From an uncultured Ruminococcus sp. (GTDB taxonomy: Bacteria > Bacillota > Clostridia > Oscillospirales > CAG-272), in the NCBI GenBank assembly GCA_902784545.1, contig CACZVC010000003.1, positions 1 to 45,709 on the forward strand: a DNA stretch of 45,709 nt. Reading direction: 5' to 3'. The notes under the pieces are model-generated. The model was not told the origin of the DNA and ran no database searches. It was given only the letters and a program-made list of their open reading frames with translations. Each line of letters begins with the position of its first letter. The stretch's first letter is position 1. Shown here piece after piece: positions 1-7,590 of this stretch. The position numbers were made by a program, and so were the translations under genes.

Positions 1-161
1 ATGATGATTTGCGGTTTCACCGCAAAATGATGAAATGAGTTCCGCTTCATGCGCCGAAGGCGCTCATCATTCGGCGAAGCCGTTCATCATGCGCGAAAGA
101 GCTCATCATGTGCCGCGTAAGCGGAACTCATAACTGCCGACTGTCCTTCAGAACAGTCGGC
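1..161. repeat. Micro-hairpin array A: ATGATGA/TCATCAT spacer motif alternating with short GC-rich hairpins; cut by the window edge
   Basis: TCATCAT occurs at 64-70, 84-90 and 103-109; its reverse complement ATGATGA occurs at 1-7 and 27-33. Each copy is followed by a different small hairpin: gcgcc-gaa-ggcgc 51-63, cggc-gaa-gccg 72-82, ccgc-gtaa-gcgg 113-124, gccgactg..cagtcggc 136-161. An outer perfect 11-bp inverted repeat joins atgagttccgc 35-45 to gcggaactcat 121-131. No credible ORF. Confidence 0.75.
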
Positions 162-207
162 ATATGGGCGGTCTTATTTTACAGACAAAACGTCTATTCT
201 TTAAACA

Positions 208-321
208 ACTCCTTCCGTCACGACGTAACGTCGTGCCACCTCCCTCAAAGAGGGAGGCAAATCAAGGCTCCCTCCCCGAGGGAGCTGTCAGCGTCAGCTG
301 ACTGAAGGAGTTTTTCTTCAG
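208..321. repeat. Structured intergenic repeat, family 2 (ccttccgtc - hairpin - gccacctccctc hairpin), inverted copy of 31458-31504
   Basis: Positions 211-257 match the reverse complement of 31458-31504 at 43/47 positions. Consecutive hairpins: acgacg-taa-cgtcgt 220-234, cctccctc-aaa-gagggagg 239-257, gctccctc-ccc-gagggagc 267-285, ctgaag..cttcag 302-321. Confidence 0.75.
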
Positions 322-347
322 TTTGTGCAGATTTATCAACAGTTATA

Positions 348-450
348 CGCATTCGGGCGCCGCCCCCACGGTGTGAACCCCCATTGCTCACCGGTTCGCA
401 ATGGGGAACCCCATAGCACCGAATGCGATGTTCCGACAGGGTCGGAACAT
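348..450. repeat. Structured intergenic repeat, family 3 (cgcattcgggcgcc... + ccgaatgcgaYgttccg hairpin)
   Basis: Positions 348-371 match the reverse complement of 31665-31688 at 23/24. A 10-bp hairpin atgttccgac-agg-gtcggaacat lies at 428-450, preceded by ccgaatgcg. An extra internal hairpin ccccattgc..gcaatgggg lies at about 379-406. Confidence 0.7.
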
Positions 451-552
451 AAAAGAAAATCGAACGCGGTCTTTCTGCGCGCAGCACCGCGGTCGGCGTC
501 CCCCCCCACCGCCCGACCGCGCGAATATTAAATATCAATAAACCTCTGTACG

Positions 553-584
553 CCGAATGCGATGTTCCGGTATTGCCGGAACAT
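553..584. repeat. Second copy of the ccgaatgcgatgttccg-loop-cggaacat hairpin module
   Basis: ccgaatgcgatgttccgg-tattg-ccggaacat has the same 17-nt 5' part as 419-435 but a different loop. Confidence 0.7.
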
Positions 585-616
585 AAAAACGCCCGTTGGC
601 AATCCGGGCGTTTTTT
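585..616. terminator. Bidirectional rho-independent terminator (serves the sigma/anti-sigma operon on the minus strand)
   Basis: aaaaacgcccg-ttggcaatc-cgggcgtttttt: an 8-bp GC stem flanked by an A-run and a T-run, 18 nt beyond the stop at 634. Confidence 0.75.
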
Positions 617-633
617 ATTCTTCGGGCCTTATT

Positions 634-1470
634 TTATTTCAGAAAATGATCCTTGAAATACTGTGAGGAAGCGGCGAGGCTGAAAAGCTCGTCTTCATAC
701 GCGGAATCAAATGCGTCGGCGGGATATACTAAATAATTGTAAACGACCTGCCAGCCGTCCGTCGTATTCCACGCGATCGAATAACACGCGCCGCTCTTCA
801 TACCGTATCTGTCGTTGCCTGTCTGAAAGAACCTTTTTTCAATGTCGTCGATCGACAGCTCCTCCGTCGGAGCGAAGCCGGAGTCCGCCATCAATATCTG
901 CAGTTCAACGTAACCGCCCTGTTCAAAGGCTTCAATATATCCGTCGTCATGTATTGTAGTATCTTTATCGCGCAGGCTAATGTGTATTCTTTCTTTGAAC
1001 GGGCGGTATACGCCGTCGCCGCACTCATATTCGCCGGGAACAAACCGGCTGTTTCTGACGTATGTCAGATTTTCGGGTATTTTTTCCGGCAGAAAATCCT
1101 TTATATGCGCAAACGTGTAGATTTCCTTTAACGACGGATGTTCGACTTTTAAGTTTATAAAAGTCCTCGGATCTCCGTTTTTTGTATCCGCCGCAGTCAC
1201 CTCGTCCGTATCGACCACTTTGACATCGTCCGTTTCAGCCTTTGTACCGTCAGTTGCGGTGTTATTTACGTTTTTACGCGATACGGCGGACAAGATGAAC
1301 GACGCCGCTATGAAAGCGCAGATAAGGACCACACACGCCGCCGCTTCGATCACGCCGACCGGGAAACGTTTATTTTTTCCTGTATTTACGTTTGTACTTT
1401 CAATCGCGTCGCATAAAAGATCGTCGTCTATCAATTCAATAGCAGATCTCACATCATCGTGTTTACTCAT
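634..1470 (-). CDS. Putative anti-sigma factor (single-pass membrane protein, unknown extracytoplasmic domain)
   Basis: An 8-nt ATGAGTAA stop/start overlap with the sigma gene and AAGGAGG 9 nt upstream of the ATG. One TM helix (VIEAAACVVLICAFIAASFILSAV) follows a short N-terminal segment. The C-terminal roughly 200 aa has no motif I recognise. Confidence 0.7.
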   Translation of the reverse strand: MSKHDDVRSAIELIDDDLLCDAIESTNVNTGKNKRFPVGVIEAAACVVLICAFIAASFILSAVSRKNVNNTATDGTKAETDDVKVVDTDEVTAADTKNGDPRTFINLKVEHPSLKEIYTFAHIKDFLPEKIPENLTYVRNSRFVPGEYECGDGVYRPFKERIHISLRDKDTTIHDDGYIEAFEQGGYVELQILMADSGFAPTEELSIDDIEKRFFQTGNDRYGMKSGACYSIAWNTTDGWQVVYNYLVYPADAFDSAYEDELFSLAASSQYFKDHFLK

Positions 1471-2023
1471 TATAATAACCCTCCTTTGATAATATCTCTT
1501 TCAGTTTTTTGCGGCTTCTCAAAAGCGACATTTTAACGCGGCTCGAGCCGACGCCGTATTTTTTCGCTATGTCCTTAACGTCCATTCCCGAAAAATAGCG
1601 GCATATGAATATCCTTCTGTCCTGCTCGGGTCTGTCGCGCAGAAAAGAGTTGATTATCTGCGACAATTCTCTTCCCTCGTATTGAGTATGCGTATCGGTA
1701 CCCGACGGTATGCAGTCCTCCAGCTCCGACAAAGGTATGGCTTCCGCGGCGCGGCGTTTGCCGGCGTTTATCGCGTCATATCTTGTCAGCGCCTGATTTC
1801 TGACTATCCGGTAAAGAAACGCGGGCAGACTTTTAGGGACTTGATATTCCGTCAGCTCCCACAAAGAAAGATAAGAATCTGAAACGACTTCCTCTGCGTC
1901 CTGCCGGTTTTTAAGTATACCGCAGGCTATCTGCATACATTTATCGCCGTATCTTGCGCGTGTCTGCTCTATCGCGCTCTCGTCTCTTTGAAGAAACAGC
2001 TTCAGTATTTCATAGTCGCTCAA
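1463..2023 (-). CDS. ECF-type sigma-70 family RNA polymerase sigma factor
   Basis: 186 aa. Region-2-like DAEEVVSDSYLSLW...FLYRIVRNQALT and region-4 HTH MDVKDIAKKYGVGSSRVKMSLLRSRKKL. TTG start with GGGAGGTG 7 nt upstream. Confidence 0.9.
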   Translation of the reverse strand: MSDYEILKLFLQRDESAIEQTRARYGDKCMQIACGILKNRQDAEEVVSDSYLSLWELTEYQVPKSLPAFLYRIVRNQALTRYDAINAGKRRAAEAIPLSELEDCIPSGTDTHTQYEGRELSQIINSFLRDRPEQDRRIFICRYFSGMDVKDIAKKYGVGSSRVKMSLLRSRKKLKEILSKEGYYNE

Positions 2024-2226
2024 ATAATCACCTCCCTTGCCCGTACTAAAAGCGCTTTCAACTATTATGTAGGATTTTATGCCGTTTCGGTCACCGGATT
2101 TTTGATATTCGGGTATATTATAATTTCAAAATGATCAAAAGGCTCCCTTGCCGAGAGAGCCTTGAATCTGAATATGGTAATAAATCCTCCCGTCGCGCTT
2201 TGCACACTGTATAAAGACGATGAGGT

Positions 2227-2934
2227 TTACTGCTTGCCGCGCTTTTTGGCGGCGGGACAGCGGGATTTTATGTAATTTGCGACGAAATCGAAGTCCTCGC
2301 GCTCCGCGTAGACCTGATTACGCTGAAAAACTCCGTTTACCTTTATGAGGCGGCGGCGCGGGTATGATATCACCTTTTTCACCTGTGAAAACTGCGAATA
2401 CATTTCCGTCCGAGCGGCGCCGATCCCCGCCGCGGTCGTCGAAAGACTGCCAGACATCATACCGGCGGTGCGCGTCAGCTCCGAAATGAGATGTGCTTTT
2501 TTCGCCTGCTTCGGCATCTGCCTGTGATTTACGCCTTTTTCGTCCATCTCAAACATAACGCAGTATTTGCCGCCCATTAACGCCGCGTATATCAGGTACG
2601 AGATAAGAACGATAACGGTCATGCCGAGCGTTATTATACCGAAAACTTTTAAATTATTCAAAAAGCTTTGTAAAAACGCTTCTCTCCACTCGATGAGATC
2701 GACTATATTCGTAAACGCGAATATGCCGAGGATCACAAAAAACAGTATCTTCCAGACGAGTAAAAACACGGTCGGGGTTTTAAAGAGATTAAGCTCATAC
2801 ACCCATCTGTATTTACCGTCTTCGCACAGCGTTATATTGCCGCCGTGCTTTTTTATCACGGCTTTGCCGCAATGCTCGCAGAATTTCGCCGTGTCGGGTA
2901 TCATTTTTCCGCAGTCCGCGCAATACGCTGCCAT
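2227..2934 (-). CDS. Zinc-ribbon domain membrane protein, function unknown
   Basis: N-terminal CADCG-x11-CEHCG zinc ribbon and two hydrophobic helices (VFLLVWKILFFVILGIFAF; VFGIITLGMTVIVLISYLIYAAL). Starts 4 nt after the stop of the upstream gene. Confidence 0.8.
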   Translation of the reverse strand: MAAYCADCGKMIPDTAKFCEHCGKAVIKKHGGNITLCEDGKYRWVYELNLFKTPTVFLLVWKILFFVILGIFAFTNIVDLIEWREAFLQSFLNNLKVFGIITLGMTVIVLISYLIYAALMGGKYCVMFEMDEKGVNHRQMPKQAKKAHLISELTRTAGMMSGSLSTTAAGIGAARTEMYSQFSQVKKVISYPRRRLIKVNGVFQRNQVYAEREDFDFVANYIKSRCPAAKKRGKQ

Positions 2935-2937
2935 ATC

Positions 2938-5088
2938 CTATTTTTTCCTTTTGACAATTATTACGCCGACTACGGCAATAACGACGCCCGCCGCCACTAT
3001 ACCGATTATAATAAACGGATTCAGCGGCTCGCCCTTTGTCTGCTCCGGCTCGGTTTCGGCGCCGGTCGTGACCGCTTCTGTCGTTTGCGCCTCCGTCTCC
3101 TGCGCCGTCGTTTCGGGCGCGGACGTTGTTTCCGCCGTGGTTTCCGTTATCTCCTCCGTCGTTTCGGGCTCGGTCGTCTCCGGCTCCGTTTCCGTTACCG
3201 TCGTTTCCTCGATCTCTCCGTTCAGCACGCCGCAGATATGCGCCGCTTTTTCGTCCGCTTCCTCAACGGTCTTGCTGAACATTATGTTATGCACGTACAT
3301 CACGTCGCCCTCAGTCGCGCCGGTAAAGAAGTCGAGGCGCAGACCCGTGCCCTCTCCTTTCCATTTTGAAACGCGGCTTGCGTTGATGTTGACGTACTCG
3401 TATCTGCCGGTACGCTTTACGCCTCCCGACGCGGATTGACCGCCCTCGGCGCCGCCGCCGTTCGCCATAAAGAATATCTCGGTCGAATACGAGGTGCGCG
3501 CGTTCGTCTCAGGCAGTTTATACACTACCGTCGCTATTTTGTATTCGTCCGCGTTTACATAGCTTTCCGCGAACTGATAGTTCAGACTTATATAGGGGTC
3601 GTTTGTTTTAAGGCCCGTTGCCGTGAGCTTGAGCGCGTTTTCCTCCCACTCGTACGTACATTCGTTCATCGCTCCCGCGACCGCGTCGGCGTACGATTTT
3701 TTCGGGAAGGTCAGATTTTCCATATCTATGCTGACCTTTTCCGGCACTTCTATCTTGAATTCGCCCTGCGGCGCGCGCTCCGCGCCGACCGACAGGATTA
3801 TCGAATTGTTTACAGTCCTGTCGCTTCCGTCCGACGGTTTGTTTATCGTTTGCAGGTTTTTATAATCCGAGCCGCGCGCCACGGTCATGGTCGTGGAGCC
3901 GCCGCCGTCCACAAGGAACGCGTCGTACAAGTCGAGGTCCTTTGCGAGCTGTGTGAGCGTAGACGTGCTCGCGCCGACGGAATATCCCTTCTGCCTGCCG
4001 TCTATCGTTATCATAACGATCTTTTTCTCGGTCGTATAGCCGATTATCGTCGAGGGATAGTTCGCGCCGTCGCCGACGCCCAGACCCGTCAGCTTACCGC
4101 CGACGACGAACTGGATATGGCCGCCGACACAGTTTGTAACGCGCTGCCACAAATCGGTTTTGCCCTGCTGATCCCTTATCTCGCAGGTTATATTGATCTT
4201 ATCGCCTGTTTTGAATTCGTTTATATACGATACTCTGCTTCCCCTCGCGGTAAGTATCATCTGCTTTTCGTTCAGAAGCGGAGGATCGTCGTCGCCGGGG
4301 CCGTAGATCGCCTTGACCGTGCCGGTAAAATCGGCGCCGTGACACATTTTATAATCCGCGTCGAATTCTATCATGACCTCATAAGCGTCGTCGAGCGCGA
4401 ATTTGTTCAGTCCCTTCATCGCCTTGTCTGTATAAACGACGAGCGCGTTGTTGGCGGGAAGACGGTTTATGCCGTCCGCTTTGACCTCTTTGCCGGTAGT
4501 TTCGTCCTTTATCACGACCTTTGCCTGCGGATTGCCCATTACGGGAATAAAATCGTCCGTAACGCCGAAGGACCAGAAATCGCCTTCATACGGCGTTTCC
4601 TGCGTCATATGAGCCGTGGAATATATCTCTCCGTCCGACATATTGAAGCCGCGCGACACGGGAAAGCTCTTTTTGACCACGGCGTCGGAACGACCGCCGT
4701 AACTCGTACCCGCGCCCTCGACGCGTGCGTGCGCGTACGTAACCATCCACAAATCGCCGTTTACGCCGGCTATCGCCTGCTTGCCGTTGTCCTTTTTCGT
4801 AAAGTCGAGCATTACGTTTTTCGTCGTTGCGAGCTTTACGGCGCAGTCGTTCGGATAAACGACGTCAAGGTACAGGTCACGCTGCGCCAGATCGAACTCG
4901 ACCACGTTTATTTTTTGCAGCTTATACGGCGAATCCGCCGGGGTCTCGTAATAATACCGCATAACGCCGGGGTAGATCTCGACCTCCCTTTTCGGATCCT
5001 GCTTGTTCAGCTTCGGTGCGGCGCAGACCGCCGCGGATAAAACGAACGTAAATAAAAGTATTACAGATATGATCCTGATCTTCTTCAT
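2938..5088 (-). CDS. Membrane-anchored phosphodiester glycosidase (NAGPA/DUF2233) family protein
   Basis: Signal peptide MKKIRIISVILLFTFVLSAAVCA. Family motifs GVNGDLW and IDGRQKGYSVGAST..LAKDLDLYDAFLVDGGGSTTM. These are followed by a beta-rich module, a T/E/P-rich linker and a C-terminal TM helix + KRKK. Confidence 0.85.
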   Translation of the reverse strand: MKKIRIISVILLFTFVLSAAVCAAPKLNKQDPKREVEIYPGVMRYYYETPADSPYKLQKINVVEFDLAQRDLYLDVVYPNDCAVKLATTKNVMLDFTKKDNGKQAIAGVNGDLWMVTYAHARVEGAGTSYGGRSDAVVKKSFPVSRGFNMSDGEIYSTAHMTQETPYEGDFWSFGVTDDFIPVMGNPQAKVVIKDETTGKEVKADGINRLPANNALVVYTDKAMKGLNKFALDDAYEVMIEFDADYKMCHGADFTGTVKAIYGPGDDDPPLLNEKQMILTARGSRVSYINEFKTGDKINITCEIRDQQGKTDLWQRVTNCVGGHIQFVVGGKLTGLGVGDGANYPSTIIGYTTEKKIVMITIDGRQKGYSVGASTSTLTQLAKDLDLYDAFLVDGGGSTTMTVARGSDYKNLQTINKPSDGSDRTVNNSIILSVGAERAPQGEFKIEVPEKVSIDMENLTFPKKSYADAVAGAMNECTYEWEENALKLTATGLKTNDPYISLNYQFAESYVNADEYKIATVVYKLPETNARTSYSTEIFFMANGGGAEGGQSASGGVKRTGRYEYVNINASRVSKWKGEGTGLRLDFFTGATEGDVMYVHNIMFSKTVEEADEKAAHICGVLNGEIEETTVTETEPETTEPETTEEITETTAETTSAPETTAQETEAQTTEAVTTGAETEPEQTKGEPLNPFIIIGIVAAGVVIAVVGVIIVKRKK

Positions 5089-5228
5089 AACGATATCCTC
5101 CTGCCGTTTATTCTACCATAAAAAAGCCGAAATGTCAATAATAAAACGCCCGTTTGCCCGCCGATATCATAACTTATGGTCTTACAAGCTTTTATAAGCG
5201 ATTTTTTTATAAAAATCCGAAAAGATTA

Positions 5229-5257
5229 TTGAATTTGATCTCCGTTTGTGATATACT
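5229..5257 (+). promoter_or_regulatory. Sigma-70-type promoter for the EamA gene
   Basis: TTGAAT (5229-5234), 17 nt, TATACT (5252-5257), with TGa directly upstream of the -10. Confidence 0.5.
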
Positions 5258-5309
5258 TAACGCAATATTGATATTATATTTGAACGACCTGTTTCAAAGG
5301 GGTTTTACA

Positions 5310-6200
5310 ATGCGCAAAAAAAGCCGGATCTTTGTGATACTCGCCGGGATCCTTTGGGGAACTACGGGAATATTCGTAAAACTGTTGTCGGAATACGGCT
5401 TCAACTCCGTATCGCTCACCTCGTTTCGCGGGCTTATCGCTTTTACATGCATCGCGGTATTCTGTCTTTTACGCGACCGTTCGGCTTTCAGAATAAAAAA
5501 AGCGGACCGGCTTCTTTACGCGGGGATAGGGCTGACACAGTTCGCCACGGCGGGATGCTATTTTGTCAGTATGCAGATGACGTCGGTATCGACCGCCGTT
5601 ATACTTATGTATACCGCTCCTATATACGTGACGCTGTTTTCGGTTTTTGTCTGGAAAGAAAGGTTTTCATATCTTAAAGGGCTTGCCGTCGCGGGGATGC
5701 TGATCGGATGCGTTTTCGTATCCGGCGTTATAGGCGGCGGCAAATTCAACGCTTTGGGCGTCGCTGTCGGCATTATATCCGGCATTACGTACGGCGGTTA
5801 CAGCATTTTATCGAAAAAAGCTCTTTTGAAAGGATATTCCCCGCTCTCAACGGTCTTATACGGCTCGCTTTCAATGGGCGTGCTCGGACTGCCCGCAACT
5901 CGTCCGGATGTGACCGCCGCCGCGTTTGAAAAATCGCCCTTAACGGTCCTTTTACTGCTTTTGGGGCTCGGTATAATCACGTTTTTCCTTCCGTTTTTCT
6001 TATACAACAAAGGACTTGAAAAGCTGCCCGCCGGGACCGCTTCCAGTCTGTCCGTTATAGAGCCTATGGCGGCGGCGATATTCAGCGTTCTGATCTTTCA
6101 CGAGTCGCTCGATGTTATTTCCGTTATCGGCATAGGATTGATAATGCTTTCCGTCGTTTTGCTCGGCATAGCCGACAAGCCGGAAAAAAGCAAAAACTGA
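5310..6200 (+). CDS. EamA/DMT family transporter
   Basis: About 10 predicted TM helices in two similar halves; N-terminus MRKKSRIFVILAGILWGTTGIFVKLL is typical of EamA. I moved the start to the ATG at 5310; the upstream part of the ORF-track frame lies in promoter DNA. Confidence 0.85.
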   Translation: MRKKSRIFVILAGILWGTTGIFVKLLSEYGFNSVSLTSFRGLIAFTCIAVFCLLRDRSAFRIKKADRLLYAGIGLTQFATAGCYFVSMQMTSVSTAVILMYTAPIYVTLFSVFVWKERFSYLKGLAVAGMLIGCVFVSGVIGGGKFNALGVAVGIISGITYGGYSILSKKALLKGYSPLSTVLYGSLSMGVLGLPATRPDVTAAAFEKSPLTVLLLLLGLGIITFFLPFFLYNKGLEKLPAGTASSLSVIEPMAAAIFSVLIFHESLDVISVIGIGLIMLSVVLLGIADKPEKSKN

Positions 6201-6220
6201 AAATCCGTTTGGTCAATCAC

Positions 6221-6495
6221 AAAGGGGATGCACGAAAGCAAGGTGCTCTAAAGGACAGTAAATAAAAACCGGCTGAGGTAAGGATAGTTGATCCTTATTC
6301 CAGCCGGTTTTTTGCCGCATGCCTCTGCAAGCAGGACGTTTGTGTGCCAAACGTCAAAGAAACAGTTTACAGTTATGATTGCACGCGATGCGTGCAAGTT
6401 ATGAGTTGAGGCTTCGCCTCAACGTTATGATATGAGTTCCGCAAACGTGCCGCAGGCACTCATAACTTGCGAAGCTCGGCTAAAGCATCCCCTTT
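6221..6495. repeat. 275-bp intergenic element bounded by perfect 11-bp inverted repeats; contains a terminator and a 26-nt-unit hairpin array (MITE/BIME-like)
   Basis: aaaggggatgc 6221-6231 pairs with gcatccccttt 6485-6495. Inside are two 26-nt units: agttatgat+tgcacgc-gat-gcgtgca (6371-6396) and agttatgag+ttgaggc-ttc-gcctcaa (6397-6422), then cgttatgat (6423-6431). atgagttccgc (6432-6442) and gtgccgc..tcataact (6447-6467) are shared with array A. Confidence 0.7.
6264..6313. terminator. Bidirectional terminator between the convergent EamA and ABC-operon genes
   Basis: aaaaaccggctg ... cagccggtttttt with an inner hairpin taaggat-agttg-atcctta; A-run on the left, T-run on the right. Confidence 0.75.
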
Positions 6496-6512
6496 ATGTT
6501 TTTCCTTACGTA

Positions 6513-7577
6513 TCAGTCGGCTGTCATACCGGAACGCTCGATACCCTGGATAAGGTATCTCTGGCAGAACAGGTAGATTATTACCAGCGGAGCTATTATC
6601 ATAAGACCGCAGGTATTTCTTATCGCCGCGTTATACATATTAGAGCCGGCGTACGTTATATTCAGCGATTCGGGTATCGCTATAACGTTTTTCATCAGTA
6701 CCATCGACGTCCTTGTGAAGAACAGCGAGGTGTAGAACGTGTCGGTCCACTGCCATGAGAACGCGAACAGGAATATCGTTATCATCATAGGCACGGACAG
6801 CGGCAGTATGATCTTGATGAACGTCTTGAATATACCGGAGCCGTCGATGTAGGCGGATTCCTCAAGCTCGTTCGGGACGCCGCGGTAGAACTGACTCATC
6901 ATGAAGATATACAGACCGTTCTTGAACGCGAGACCCGTCGCCGACAGGATAGCCAACGGAGCGTAGGTATTCGTCAGGTTGATGCTCGTTACGCCTCCCG
7001 TGATATTCAGATGCGGGAACCAGCTCGCGCCTCCGCCCAGCAGCTGCATGATACCGAGTACGTCGAAGTAACGGAATTTCATGAACAGCGAGAGCTGCAG
7101 CGTCTGGTGCGGGATTATCATCGTGAAGATAACGAGTAAGAACAGTATCTTATTGCCCTTGAATTTGAACTTTGCAAGACCGTAACCTATCATGGCGCAG
7201 ATGAACGTCTGTATCAAAGCCGCCGAGATCGACAGCAGAGCGGTGTTGCCGAGCGCCTGCATATACTTGTTTTCTAAGAATATGTATTTATAGGTATCAA
7301 GCGTAAAGTTCTTGGGTATGAGCTTGACCGTCGCGTCGACGAAGTCCTCGGGTCCCATAAAGGACGAGGAAACCTTCGAGAAGAACGGGAACAGTATTAT
7401 GTACGAAATACCGATCAGTATAACGTAACGGAATATCGTCCATATAACCTTTGACAAAAAGTTTTTATTGATGAACTTTGCTTTCATTCTCTGCCAGAAA
7501 GGAGTTCTGTCAAATTCCACCTTTATGGTGTTCTTTGTTTCCCTCTTGACTCTGGGTTCAGCCTGTGAGTTATTCAT
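6513..7577 (-). CDS. Carbohydrate ABC transporter permease (MalG-like), pair 2
   Basis: 354 aa, multi-TM, with EAA loop ELEESAYIDGSGIFKTFIKIILPLSVP. GAGGAGG RBS. Confidence 0.9.
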   Translation of the reverse strand: MNNSQAEPRVKRETKNTIKVEFDRTPFWQRMKAKFINKNFLSKVIWTIFRYVILIGISYIILFPFFSKVSSSFMGPEDFVDATVKLIPKNFTLDTYKYIFLENKYMQALGNTALLSISAALIQTFICAMIGYGLAKFKFKGNKILFLLVIFTMIIPHQTLQLSLFMKFRYFDVLGIMQLLGGGASWFPHLNITGGVTSINLTNTYAPLAILSATGLAFKNGLYIFMMSQFYRGVPNELEESAYIDGSGIFKTFIKIILPLSVPMMITIFLFAFSWQWTDTFYTSLFFTRTSMVLMKNVIAIPESLNITYAGSNMYNAAIRNTCGLMIIAPLVIIYLFCQRYLIQGIERSGMTAD

Positions 7578-7590
7578 TAGCTACACCTCC

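Noticed and set aside
1-161. A CRISPR interpretation of the motif+variable-hairpin arrays (also 6371-6467 and 38950-39080).
   Set aside because: Units are only 19-26 nt, and the constant part is only 7-9 nt. The variable parts are self-complementary rather than spacer-like, and no cas genes are present. These are REP/BIME-like, not CRISPR.
108-538. ORFs 108-305, 245-538 and 325-531 in the left-hand repeat field.
   Set aside because: They run through stacked palindromic repeats, lack an RBS, and their translations are repeat-driven (Pro/Arg/Gly runs). The region is better explained as non-coding structured repeats.
3436-5040. Long antisense ORFs opposite well-supported genes: 2567-3439, 3436-5040, 12328-13008, 14941-15771, 15852-16571, 21579-22292, 23126-24121, 24176-25090, 30684-31355, 35162-35974, 37972-38730, 39997-41136 and 44146-45474.
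   Set aside because: Each lies entirely inside a gene with clear family motifs on the other strand. Their translations are Arg/Val/His-rich and low-complexity with no motifs and no RBS. This is typical of shadow ORFs in moderately GC-rich coding DNA.
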